From an uncultured Lentimicrobiaceae bacterium (GTDB lineage: Bacteria > Bacteroidota > Bacteroidia > Bacteroidales > JAGNHN01), in NCBI GenBank assembly GCA_964590645.1, contig CAZPYJ010000004.1, positions 19,541 through 83,540 of the forward strand: a stretch of DNA of 64,000 nucleotides. Direction: 5' to 3'. The position numbers were made by a program, and so were the translations under genes. Below the pieces are notes generated by a model, which made no database searches, was not told the origin of the DNA, and saw only the letters and a program-made list of their open reading frames with translations. This document shows, one piece after another, positions 30,803 to 40,298 of the stretch. Numbering within the stretch: the first letter of the stretch is position 1; every line of letters begins with the position of its first letter.

Positions 30803-31654
30803 ATGCCCAGGGCCTTCTTCGTTTCCGACCTCCACGGGCAGATCCCGCGTTATGAAAAACTGTGGGAAAAGATGCTGAGCGAAGCCCCGGAAGCGGTGTT
30901 TTTTGGCGGAGACCTCTTTCCGCACGATATGGCACGACTGCCGGCAGGATTGAACCATTTTTCAGTAGATTATCTGCGCCCGCAATTGGAAAAGCTGAAA
31001 GCGGAAATGAATGAGCGCTATCCCGCTATGCTGCTTATTCCCGGCAATGATGATGCCCGTGCCGAAGAAGACCTACTGCTTGAAATGGAAAAGGACGGGC
31101 TCCTGCACTATTTGGTAATGAGAAAAGTTGACGTGATGGGCTATACCATCGCCGGATATCCTTTTGTGCCGCCCACACCTTTTCTGCGGAAAGACTGGGA
31201 AAAATACGATGTATCCCGCTATGTCGATCCCGGATGCGTCCCCCCTACGGAGGGACATCGCACCAAGGCTCCGGATTACGATCCCGGGTATGATACCATT
31301 GCCAAAGACCTCCAGATTCTCAGCAAGGGAATGGTGGCCGAGAAAAGCATATTCCTGTTTCATTCACCGCCCTATCAGAGCAAACTCGATCGTGCCGCCC
31401 TCGATCATCAATTTGTGGACCACGTTCCGCTGGATGTGCACGTGGGCAGCATAGCCATACAACGTTTCCTCCAATCCTTCCCGGCTCACCTGAGTTTGCA
31501 CGGACATATCCACGAATCATCCCGCTTGACGGGTCATTGGAAAGACAGAATCGGCGAAACAATTTGCCTGGGTGCAGCCTGGGATGGCCCGGAATTGGCA
31601 CTGATTTCCTTCGATACTGAAAAGCCTGAGGAGGCCCTCAGGCTTTTGATCTGA
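30803..31654 (+). CDS. calcineurin-like metallophosphoesterase
   Basis: ATG lies 1 nt after the upstream TGA. Motifs SDLHG, GGDLF, PGNDD, FHSPP and HGHIH are present. Confidence 0.75.
   Translation: MPRAFFVSDLHGQIPRYEKLWEKMLSEAPEAVFFGGDLFPHDMARLPAGLNHFSVDYLRPQLEKLKAEMNERYPAMLLIPGNDDARAEEDLLLEMEKDGLLHYLVMRKVDVMGYTIAGYPFVPPTPFLRKDWEKYDVSRYVDPGCVPPTEGHRTKAPDYDPGYDTIAKDLQILSKGMVAEKSIFLFHSPPYQSKLDRAALDHQFVDHVPLDVHVGSIAIQRFLQSFPAHLSLHGHIHESSRLTGHWKDRIGETICLGAAWDGPELALISFDTEKPEEALRLLI
31621..31650 (+). terminator. terminator hairpin overlapping the last codons of the metallophosphoesterase gene
   Basis: Perfect 11-bp stem AAAGCCTGAGG / CCTCAGGCTTT, loop AGGC, then TTTT(GA). The stop codon is at 31652-31654. 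Confidence 0.6.
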
Positions 31655-31681
31655 AAAAAAAAGGGCCTCTCGCGGAGGCCC
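31654..31681 (-). terminator. rho-independent terminator of the giant T9SS cargo gene
   Basis: On the minus strand: GGGCCTC-cgcga-GAGGCCC followed by T9. Begins 9 nt after the stop at 31690. Confidence 0.75.
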
Positions 31682-31689
31682 TTGCTGTA

Positions 31690-34600
31690 TTATTGTACGA
31701 TCATTTTGCGTACCAGTCGTCGTCCCTCAAATTCCAGATAATAGAAGTAAACGCCCGCGGTCAGTGCATCTGCATCCAGCTCAATCTGGTGCAGGCCTGC
31801 ATTTACGGTGCGTTCCTGTGTGAAGACCGGCTGGCCGAGATAGTTCAACAGCCCGAACTGGTATGTTCCGTAGCTGGGAAGCTTGAATGGAATGAGCGTC
31901 ATATTCAATGCCGGGTTCGGAATGTTCTGGCTCATACTGAAACCTTCAAGGTCTGTTTCTGTCACTTCAGTATACAGCTCTTCCAGAATAGTACATTTCT
32001 CATCGTTCCAGGGGTATCCGTCTCCGCTGACCAGGGTTCTGGAGCAGAGGTAGTAGAACCCGATATAATCGTGTTTATACTTCTGCTGGAAAGTGTAGTA
32101 GAGCGTATCTCCCGGCATAAAGGGATTGGCTGCATCCGTCCAGGTTTCTGTGGCGATGATGTTTCCGGCCACAGTGTATTGCAGGTCGAAGGTGGTGAAA
32201 GGATTCAAGCCCCGGTTCTCCACCTGCACCGTGACGGTAGCTGAGTCACCGTGGATAGTAGGATTCTGAGGTGAAATAATCTGTGTGACGGCCAGATCGT
32301 AATTAGGTGGCAGCACATTGTAGGTATCACAGCTCATATTGTTGTAGCCGTTGATATCCCCACTCACGTCTGTGAAGGCACAGAGTACATAATCGAAGAG
32401 GGGAGAGGCCATAGGTTGGAACGTATAGGTGGTGGTGGAGTCCGGAGGCAGGGCGCCGGTCCACATTCCGGTATTTACCGTAGCACCGTTGACTTTGTAC
32501 CGCACGGGAATTGAGAAGAGGGTATCGCTTCCAAAGTTCTGAATGCGAATTTCGACATCGATATCGGTTCCGATGATGGTGGGGCTGGGTGGCCCGATGA
32601 TTTCAATCACACCGGCATCTTTGGGGATGATCGGAATGGTGATCTCCAGATTATCCAGAATCCAGCCTTCAAAATTATTGCTGTTGGCGGCAGTGGTGAA
32701 GAAGATAAAGCGGAACTGAGTTGGCTCAGCCATATCGTAGATGTTCTTGAGGTTATAGGCAGAATGCATCCATCCGTTCTGCCCACCGTTTCCTGTCCAC
32801 AGATTCTGAGGGGAATTATACCAGTTCACCCCATTGGGATCATTGGGGGCGCCAAGCAGTTTCCAACCCAGGATGCTCTTGTACTGTATGGCAGCGCCGT
32901 CTCCGCTGTGGGTATTGAACCGCTGCCAGAACTTCAGGCTGTCGATCCCGGTGATCAGATGATTGAAGCGGGGAGTATACAGGAAATTTGCTCCATTATG
33001 AATGTATGGTCCATCCAGGGTTGTTCCCCAGACATTCGGGTTGCTGATAGCACTGTTGAGTACCGTACCCGAGGGGATGCCTCTTTCCCACTGGTTGGGC
33101 AGAGAGTCGGGCCAGAATTCAGCGGCTGCCTGATCGAAATTGTTGATATAGGGCAGGCCGGCGGTAAATTCAGCGTAGCAATCGATGCAACGGGTATCAT
33201 TGAAGGCATTGCTGTCGCCGGGCACAATGGTATAAGCACAGATACGGTGGTTGCCATTGCCCAGGGTCAGGGCCGGCAGGTTCACAATGGCTGTAGCCTG
33301 TGGGGCCAGAGGGTTAAGGTAGGTATAGGTTGTTGGAGGGCCATTGTTGACTTCGTAAGCAATATCCACCGAACCCAGGGTATTGGTACCGAAGTTCTGG
33401 ATTTTCACTGTGATCGGGCTTGTCACCCCTGCAGTGCTCAGTTCGCCTGGTGAAAGGATGTCGGTTACCCCGGCATCATTGGGGATCATCGGGATGATGA
33501 GTGCCAGGTAATCTTCTGTTTCCCCGTAGGTATAGGTGCCGCAAGCCGGGGCTGCCCCATAGCGGTCCATCACAACCCGCATCATTGTCATCCCGGGGGT
33601 AGCCGTCACAGGTACCGTTAAGGTTCCTGTGACTGTGGGGTTACTGCCGCTAAAGACTCCGGAGAAGGCCAGTTCACCGGGAATGTTAAAGATACCGTTC
33701 CTGTTATAATCGATATAAACCTTAACTCCTACGTTTCCGGTGTACAGCGTGGACGAAGAAATCCTGGATATGGAGATCGGATAGGCCACGGTGGGTGAAA
33801 GCATCACCGGAGTGAGATGGGTAAAGTCAGTATATCCGTTCTGGGCACTGGGGTTGCTGGTAGCCGGGTTCGGATTCCCATTGTTCAGGTTGCTGATGGT
33901 CACATTCCCGATATCCGTATAGGTTGCAGCGTTGGTTGCATAGGACAGACAATAGGGAGGGATCAGGCATTTTACGGATTTGTACAAGGTGTCATTGGTT
34001 CCTGTCGCATCATTGGGGACAGATATCCAGGCTTTAAACTGGTAGGTGTCGTAGAACTCCAGGTTGGCCGTCTGCGCAAAGGTGTATAGCAGGGTGTCAT
34101 TCTGCTGCAGGGTCTGGCTTATCGTATCGGTGCGGATGATTCCGCCATTGATTTGATAGCTGACCCCAAAGTTGGAAATAGCCTGGGTGCCATAGTTTCT
34201 GATCTTCACACTGACAGGCTCGGCAGGGCTCAGGTTCACACCTGAAACCGGCTCGGTAATAGCCAGCAGGGCGCCATCATAAGGCGGGATATTTTGTACA
34301 AAAACGGTATCGGGAACCCGGTTGCTGGGACAACCTCCACCGCTGCCCAGGAACTGAATGTTCGGGCGGTTGGTGGTCAGTGTACCGGGTGTAGTCGGGA
34401 ATGATCCGTCCTGACGACGCCATAAGCCCTTGTTTCCGGTTGCATTTGTAAACCGGAATGTAGGATATCCCGATGACCAGCTTCCTAAATGATTCTCCCA
34501 CCAAACCAGGATATTGTCGGTGCCATTGTAATTGAAAGGTGTCGACAGTGGAATCTTGAACCAGCCCGGCCCGCTCCAGTTAATGGGGCCATTGTACACC

Positions 34601-37600
34601 TGGGTCATCGAGGTGTTGGGGATATAATTCGCATTGGGGAAATTACTGGCGGAATAATGGCTGAGATAGATCCGCTGGTTGGCCATATTGTAATTATTCA
34701 CTGAATTGCCGACGTAGAAGGCGATCGTGTCAATATTACCTTTGGTATTCAGTTCAGCAGCAGTATATATAGTTCCGCTGTATCCGTAGCCATAAAATCC
34801 ATTCACAGGGATATTATTCTGTGTTGTCGTTCCTGTACCTATGGTCACGGAGTTGGCCCCTCCGTCTGTCTGGGCTTCTACCCAATACACCTCCTGACCA
34901 TAGAGGATGGGAGTAGTGTAGGAAGGTCCGGTGGCAAGCTCATTGCTCGCTGTTTCGGTCTTATACCAGAAGATGGAATCGGGTGAGCTGGCGGTAAGTG
35001 TGGCTGCTGTAGCGTATTGTATGGTCGCATTGCTCACCACCGGGTCGGGTGGGCTGTAGAGGGATTCTACGCTGGTGAAGGTTGTATCGTTGTGGTTTTC
35101 AAAATCACCCACCAGGGTGGTGTAGGCTATGATATCCCATACGGTATCCTGGGTGTAAGCGGTCAGGTCTACCAATTGGTTGAAGGTATAGCTGATGGCC
35201 GCATTGGGCAGGATGGTGGCAGAAACAGTTTCGGTTACTGTGCTGTTGGGGATTTGTTTGACATAGTAGCTGGCCTGCAGGCCTCCGTTGATGGTATCCA
35301 GTCCCACATTTTTAATCACAATGGTCACGGGCTCCTGTCCTACAAAACAGCCCTCTTCATCAGGCTCCGGCAGAGCCATAGCCTGGGCATTTTGCAGGGG
35401 GTCACCGTAGAAGGATTTGCAGAAATGGTTGTTACCAATATTGACGTCTCCGGTCACATCGGTATAGGCACAGATATCATTGGGTCCGCCTGCCACGGTA
35501 AGCTGTGTCTGGAAAGCATACAGAGTGATTCCCCCTGGAAGCAGGGTGCCTGTCCACTGCTCTGTGACCGGGGGATTATTGTTGTGCTCGTAGATGACAT
35601 CGCAGGAGGTCAGGGTGTCCAGTCCGTAGTTTTTAATGGCCACCGTAACGGTTTGCAAGGAGGCTTCCGGCACCAGGGAGCCCGGGGTGATGATGGCCGA
35701 AACACCGCCATCGAAGGGGATTTGGGGGTACATCACCACGGTATAGTCTTCCGTTTCTCCAATGCCGTAAGTACCGCAGGGCTGAACATTGTTCAGGTTG
35801 TTGGTTTCCTGCAGGACTACCCGCATATGGGCTATGCCCGGATTGACCCAGGTGGGGATGGTGATCGTGGCACCGGTTTGGAAACTGTAATATGGAATGG
35901 TGCCTGCGAAGGCGGTTTCAGTCGCCGGGTCAAAGGTGCCGCTGCGGTCGTAGTCGATGAATAACTTAACGGCTGCAACAGAACTGGCAGCATTTCCTGC
36001 CACAATTCTTCGCACCTGGAAGTTATACGACTGACTGATGGCCAGTTGAACTGAAGGGGCATTGGAGGTCCAGTCGGTATATCCGTTTACGGCTGTGGGA
36101 TTGTTGGTGCCGGGCTGGGCATTGCCATTGTTCAGATTGCTGAAGGTGATATTCCCGATGTCTGAACCTGTGGCCGCATTCACGGCATAAGAGGGGCAGT
36201 AGTTGGGCACTGAATGCACCACCAGGCGTGAGATCGTATCGTTCAGGTATGTGGTGTCTCCGGCCAGGGCTACCCAGACGGTAAACTGATAGTTGCCCGG
36301 GGTGGAAAGGTCGGCCACCTGATTGAAAACGTAATCGGCCGTATCTCCGGGGATCAGGGTGTCCGGGAAGATTTCAGTAATAGTGGGGTTGCTGTTGATT
36401 TTATAGTTCAGGGGGAAGTTATGAATGGTATCCCCGCCAAAGTTCACGATCCTGACAGATACTTCTTCGTTCGGAAGCATATTGATGGCCGATACCGGCT
36501 TGTGCATTGCAATCAGGGCTGCATCGAAGGGTGGCTTGTCTCCTACGTCAATAAAATAGGGTCGGATGGCCGAGGGGCAGGGCAATGAACCAACGGAGGT
36601 GGCATTGCGATAATACACCGTGTCTTCAAAAAGGATGGGGGTGACAAAGCTGCTTCCCGTAAAGACTAGTTGCGTACCATTGGAGTCGGCATACCATTTG
36701 ACGGTGGTATTGGGTATGCTGGTGGTGAGGGTAGCGGTGGTGGCGTAGTTGATGGTGTCGTAGAGGATGGGTGGATCCGGGGGTACGAAGCCGGAAGTAA
36801 AGAACTTGGTTTGGTTGTTATTTGTGGGAATCGGGTCACCCAGCAGGATGATGCGTGCCTTGAGTTCAAAGGTGACGTTCCCTGTGGGGGCGTTTACATC
36901 AATCAGGGAGTCGAAGGTATAGTGCAGGATCTGATTGAGCAGGATGGTATCTGTAATGTATTCGGTGACCGTATCGGTGGTACCGGCGATCCAGTATTGC
37001 GCCCAGAGATTTCCGGCTATGGTCTCCAGTCCGGTATTTTTGATCTGGACTTTCACTTCCTCCAGGCCCAGCCCGCAAGCCGTATTCGGTGAGGTGATGG
37101 AGAGCAGGGCGGCTTCCTGGGTGCTGGCCGTAAAGCAATGCTGTCCGATCTGCGGGGAGTAGGCAACGTTTTTCGAGAGGGAATTGTCAATGGCCACCAG
37201 GCGGTAGCAGATCTGATCCAGGTGGGTCACCGCCGGAATGCTGCCGGTCCAGTTGTTTCCACTGGTATTCACCAGCCATACCGTATCTGGTACTCCGTTG
37301 AGGGTGTAGGGGATGTATGCCTGATAGATACCGGAAACGTCGGTAATCTGCGCTGTGAAGTTGAAGGGGCCGGTATTGAAGATATTTCCGTTAAGCACGG
37401 GGGTAAAAGAAATGATATTGGGTGGGGTCAGCTCGGAGAGGGCTGCGGTAACCTTGATGTTGTCAATCAGCCATCCATAGCGGTTCTCTCCTCCAATATT
37501 CCCGCCATCGCTCAGCTTGAATCGCACGGCACAGCCTGTGGTGGAGGCCGTGAAGGCAGAGATGTCAAAGGTCTCTGATTTCCACCAGCTGTTGGTAGGC

Positions 37601-38058
37601 TGAGCTAATGCTACGCCCGGAGCCCAAAGGCTCCCGTAAGAGCTCTCCGCAAAGCGGCTGCCCAGTCCTGAGAAACTGGCTGTGCCCAGGTAGTGGGTAG
37701 CAGTAAGTTTGTTCCAGGTCAGGCCGCTGTCGCCGGTGACCTCTATCTCAGCATTGTCAAAGAAGCTGATCTTACAGATCTGGTCAAACTGCAGCAAAAC
37801 GTAGGTATTTCCTGTGGTTGAGAAGAAATCCGTGGTCAGGTAGGCCGTTCCTTGAGGGACTACTTTAGCTGTATCTGAATGCGGCCCGCTTACGGATAAC
37901 TGGCTGCTTATTGCCCAATGTGGCACTCCGGAGGTAGCCGTGGAAGTCACACTGTCATCCAATGTGGGCGGATCAAAGTTTTCTGTGTACACAACAACCT
38001 GTGCATTTAGAGCCAGGCTGAGAAGGATGGATACCAGGAGGAGTAAACCTTTCTTCAT
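31690..38058 (-). CDS. giant (2,122 aa) T9SS-sorted surface protein with MAM/choice-of-anchor-like, CARDB-like, Ig-like and two GEVED-type domains
   Basis: ATG at 38058 gives MKKGLLLLVSILLSLALNAQ (the track start at 38100 is a TTG). Repeated DAGV..I..P......V.V.I.N.G units occur throughout. G-E-T-E-D-Y appears twice. The C-terminal NIPNPALNMTLIPF...LTAGVYFYYLEFEGRRLVRKMIVQ is a T9SS tail. Confidence 0.85.
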   Translation of the reverse strand: MKKGLLLLVSILLSLALNAQVVVYTENFDPPTLDDSVTSTATSGVPHWAISSQLSVSGPHSDTAKVVPQGTAYLTTDFFSTTGNTYVLLQFDQICKISFFDNAEIEVTGDSGLTWNKLTATHYLGTASFSGLGSRFAESSYGSLWAPGVALAQPTNSWWKSETFDISAFTASTTGCAVRFKLSDGGNIGGENRYGWLIDNIKVTAALSELTPPNIISFTPVLNGNIFNTGPFNFTAQITDVSGIYQAYIPYTLNGVPDTVWLVNTSGNNWTGSIPAVTHLDQICYRLVAIDNSLSKNVAYSPQIGQHCFTASTQEAALLSITSPNTACGLGLEEVKVQIKNTGLETIAGNLWAQYWIAGTTDTVTEYITDTILLNQILHYTFDSLIDVNAPTGNVTFELKARIILLGDPIPTNNNQTKFFTSGFVPPDPPILYDTINYATTATLTTSIPNTTVKWYADSNGTQLVFTGSSFVTPILFEDTVYYRNATSVGSLPCPSAIRPYFIDVGDKPPFDAALIAMHKPVSAINMLPNEEVSVRIVNFGGDTIHNFPLNYKINSNPTITEIFPDTLIPGDTADYVFNQVADLSTPGNYQFTVWVALAGDTTYLNDTISRLVVHSVPNYCPSYAVNAATGSDIGNITFSNLNNGNAQPGTNNPTAVNGYTDWTSNAPSVQLAISQSYNFQVRRIVAGNAASSVAAVKLFIDYDRSGTFDPATETAFAGTIPYYSFQTGATITIPTWVNPGIAHMRVVLQETNNLNNVQPCGTYGIGETEDYTVVMYPQIPFDGGVSAIITPGSLVPEASLQTVTVAIKNYGLDTLTSCDVIYEHNNNPPVTEQWTGTLLPGGITLYAFQTQLTVAGGPNDICAYTDVTGDVNIGNNHFCKSFYGDPLQNAQAMALPEPDEEGCFVGQEPVTIVIKNVGLDTINGGLQASYYVKQIPNSTVTETVSATILPNAAISYTFNQLVDLTAYTQDTVWDIIAYTTLVGDFENHNDTTFTSVESLYSPPDPVVSNATIQYATAATLTASSPDSIFWYKTETASNELATGPSYTTPILYGQEVYWVEAQTDGGANSVTIGTGTTTQNNIPVNGFYGYGYSGTIYTAAELNTKGNIDTIAFYVGNSVNNYNMANQRIYLSHYSASNFPNANYIPNTSMTQVYNGPINWSGPGWFKIPLSTPFNYNGTDNILVWWENHLGSWSSGYPTFRFTNATGNKGLWRRQDGSFPTTPGTLTTNRPNIQFLGSGGGCPSNRVPDTVFVQNIPPYDGALLAITEPVSGVNLSPAEPVSVKIRNYGTQAISNFGVSYQINGGIIRTDTISQTLQQNDTLLYTFAQTANLEFYDTYQFKAWISVPNDATGTNDTLYKSVKCLIPPYCLSYATNAATYTDIGNVTISNLNNGNPNPATSNPSAQNGYTDFTHLTPVMLSPTVAYPISISRISSSTLYTGNVGVKVYIDYNRNGIFNIPGELAFSGVFSGSNPTVTGTLTVPVTATPGMTMMRVVMDRYGAAPACGTYTYGETEDYLALIIPMIPNDAGVTDILSPGELSTAGVTSPITVKIQNFGTNTLGSVDIAYEVNNGPPTTYTYLNPLAPQATAIVNLPALTLGNGNHRICAYTIVPGDSNAFNDTRCIDCYAEFTAGLPYINNFDQAAAEFWPDSLPNQWERGIPSGTVLNSAISNPNVWGTTLDGPYIHNGANFLYTPRFNHLITGIDSLKFWQRFNTHSGDGAAIQYKSILGWKLLGAPNDPNGVNWYNSPQNLWTGNGGQNGWMHSAYNLKNIYDMAEPTQFRFIFFTTAANSNNFEGWILDNLEITIPIIPKDAGVIEIIGPPSPTIIGTDIDVEIRIQNFGSDTLFSIPVRYKVNGATVNTGMWTGALPPDSTTTYTFQPMASPLFDYVLCAFTDVSGDINGYNNMSCDTYNVLPPNYDLAVTQIISPQNPTIHGDSATVTVQVENRGLNPFTTFDLQYTVAGNIIATETWTDAANPFMPGDTLYYTFQQKYKHDYIGFYYLCSRTLVSGDGYPWNDEKCTILEELYTEVTETDLEGFSMSQNIPNPALNMTLIPFKLPSYGTYQFGLLNYLGQPVFTQERTVNAGLHQIELDADALTAGVYFYYLEFEGRRLVRKMIVQ
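33175..34287 (-). repeat. internal protein-level duplication, copy B (~371 aa)
   Basis: PPYDGALLAITEP...CGTYTYGETEDYLALI...NDTRCIDCY. The GETEDY codons lie at 33508..33525 here versus 35743..35760 in copy A, 745 codons apart. Confidence 0.7.
35407..36534 (-). repeat. internal protein-level duplication, copy A (CARDB-like / GEVED / CARDB-like, ~376 aa)
   Basis: PPFDAALIAMHKP...CGTYGIGETEDYTVVM...NNHFCKSFY aligns along its length with copy B. Confidence 0.7.
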
Positions 38059-38202
38059 TATTATCACGGTTTTACAGATTGACGTTCGGTTTGAATTCAA
38101 GCATTCACAGTCGGTAAAGATAGTTTTTTTTGAACAATCTTCGCCGCTTACTGCCTAAACAGACACCATCCCAAGCCTTATAGTTGCTTGAATAATGAAG
38201 GT

Positions 38203-39498
38203 TCAGAGAATTATTTCTGCCACTACGAATGTGGAGCCACCCACATATATGCTCCCGGATGGGGAGACTTGGGTTTTAGCGTTCTCAAACGCCTCCTGCA
38301 CGCTTGCCCAGGCCTGTCCTTTCAATCCAAGACTTCTTGCCGCATCCCTGACTTTCTCTGCCGGCATTCCCCTTTCTACGGCAGGTTTACAGAAGTAGTA
38401 GTCAGCGTCAGCAGGCAAGAGGGAAAGCAGGGCATAAGGATCCTTGTCTTCTGCCATCCCGAATACCAGATGCCGGTCGGCGGCAGGACAGCGCATCCAT
38501 TGTTCCATTCCTGCTTTCAATCCTTCCGGATTATGGGCAGTATCTGCCACAATCAGCGGGGATGTGGACAGGATTTCCCAACGTCCTCTTAAGCCAGTGG
38601 TTTTTTTGACATTGCGTATGCCCTGGAAAAGGGCGGCAACATCCACAGGAAAGTCTTCGTGCAATGGGATCAGGGCTGTTAAAACGCTGGCCAGATTTTC
38701 TAACTGGACTATGGATGCAAGGGGGCAGGCTATCTTTTTCATCCGGCCATAAAGGGGATGATCTGCATCGAATACCAACAGCCTTTCTGCCCCTTTAAGC
38801 AAATGAGCATTATGCAGCCTCACTTCTTTCTCAGACAGGAACAGGGGTGCTTGCATTTCTGTGGCTTTTTGACGGAAGACCGGGAGGAGTTCTTCGGGCA
38901 TTTTCCCCAGAACCACAGGAACCCCGGATTTGATAATCCCGGCTTTTTCTTTTGCTATGGAGGGCAGGTCATTACCCAGAAAACGCTGGTGGTCGTGACC
39001 GATATTGGTAATGATACTTACTTCAGGATGAATGACATTGGTTGAGTCGAGACGTCCTCCCATTCCTGTTTCAATCACAGCAATATCTACCTTTTCTCTG
39101 GAGAAATGATCAAAGGCCATCCCTACGGTCATTTCAAAAAAGGAAGGTTGAATATGTCGGAAGGCGCTCCGGTAGCGGGATACATATTTCATTACCGCTT
39201 CTTCCTGAATCATTGCTCCCTGGATACGTATCCTTTCTCTGAAGTCGGTAAGATGAGGGGATGTGTAGAGTCCGGTTCGGTATCCTGCTTCCTGAAGGAT
39301 GGCAGTCAGCAGATGGGCCACGGAGCCTTTGCCATTGGTGCCGGCGATATGGACAGATGGAAAGCGGGTTTGCGGATTGCCTTGTTCACTGAGCAGGGCC
39401 AGGGTATTGCCCAGGTCACTTTTATAGGCCGCTGCTCCGATGCGCTGGTACATCGGCAGCTGGCTGAAAAGCCAGTCCAGGGTTTCCCGGTAATTCAT
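38203..39498 (-). CDS. folC: bifunctional folylpolyglutamate synthase/dihydrofolate synthase
   Basis: HIAGTNGKGSV P-loop, Mur-ligase architecture, 431 aa. Its ATG overlaps the tonB stop (ATGA at 39497-39500). Confidence 0.88.
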   Translation of the reverse strand: MNYRETLDWLFSQLPMYQRIGAAAYKSDLGNTLALLSEQGNPQTRFPSVHIAGTNGKGSVAHLLTAILQEAGYRTGLYTSPHLTDFRERIRIQGAMIQEEAVMKYVSRYRSAFRHIQPSFFEMTVGMAFDHFSREKVDIAVIETGMGGRLDSTNVIHPEVSIITNIGHDHQRFLGNDLPSIAKEKAGIIKSGVPVVLGKMPEELLPVFRQKATEMQAPLFLSEKEVRLHNAHLLKGAERLLVFDADHPLYGRMKKIACPLASIVQLENLASVLTALIPLHEDFPVDVAALFQGIRNVKKTTGLRGRWEILSTSPLIVADTAHNPEGLKAGMEQWMRCPAADRHLVFGMAEDKDPYALLSLLPADADYYFCKPAVERGMPAEKVRDAARSLGLKGQAWASVQEAFENAKTQVSPSGSIYVGGSTFVVAEIIL

Positions 39499-40298
39499 CA
39501 GTTCTTAATGAGAAAGTGATAGGTGATGGTTCCTTTTTGCTCTTCCGGGGCATCGGGTTTGGCGTTGAAGCGTGCTCTTTTTGCGGCTTCCTCCGCCAGT
39601 TTTTGCAATACAGGACTGGCCGTGGTTGTACCGCGGGCACCCGGAATGGCTTTGGTTACCCTTCCGTAGCGATCTACCCAGATGCTGACTACTACCGTTC
39701 CGCTTTCCGAGAAAGTGGGGGCAGGTTTGGGCAAGTGGTCTGCTTTTCTTCCTCCAAGGCTGAAGGATATCCCGTCTCCGGCACCGCCGCTGCCATCATA
39801 ATTCCCTGCACCAGCTGTACCGGTGGGCTTGCCCTGGTCTCCCGCTTGTCCGGTTTCTCCCTGGCTTCCCTGTCCTGTAGTTCCGCTCTGCCTGCCCGGA
39901 TAGAGGGCCCGGGGATCTACTTTGGGTTCTTCCGGTTTTACCTCTTTGGGTTGTTCTGCCGGTTTCTCAGTGAGGGGCTTTGTTTCCGTTTTTGGTTTTT
40001 CCCTGGGTTTTTCCGGCAGTCTTATCGATTCTTCGATATCCTGTGTGCTGATGTTCTCTTCAGGCTCAGGCTGGCTGGAGACCGGACTTGGAGTAGCCGT
40101 CGGTGGCGGGGTTTCCGGTTGGATTTCTCCCATTCCCTGATCACTGTACCCCAGGTCTACAACCACTCCCTCTTCACCGGGCAGAGGAAGGGGTGTGGTA
40201 AAAGCGAACAGCAACAGACCCAGCAAGAGCAAGCCGTGAAAGATCACGGTGCCCAGGATGGCTGCCCGCCGGTCTTTATCTTCTGTTGGCCTCATCAT
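39498..40298 (-). CDS. tonB: energy transducer TonB
   Basis: N-terminal TM anchor, Pro/Glu/Lys-rich linker (EKPREKPKTETKPLTEKPAEQPKEVKPEEPK), and a C-terminal TonB-like domain. Follows exbD with an ATGA overlap. Confidence 0.75.
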   Translation of the reverse strand: MMRPTEDKDRRAAILGTVIFHGLLLLGLLLFAFTTPLPLPGEEGVVVDLGYSDQGMGEIQPETPPPTATPSPVSSQPEPEENISTQDIEESIRLPEKPREKPKTETKPLTEKPAEQPKEVKPEEPKVDPRALYPGRQSGTTGQGSQGETGQAGDQGKPTGTAGAGNYDGSGGAGDGISFSLGGRKADHLPKPAPTFSESGTVVVSIWVDRYGRVTKAIPGARGTTTASPVLQKLAEEAAKRARFNAKPDAPEEQKGTITYHFLIKN

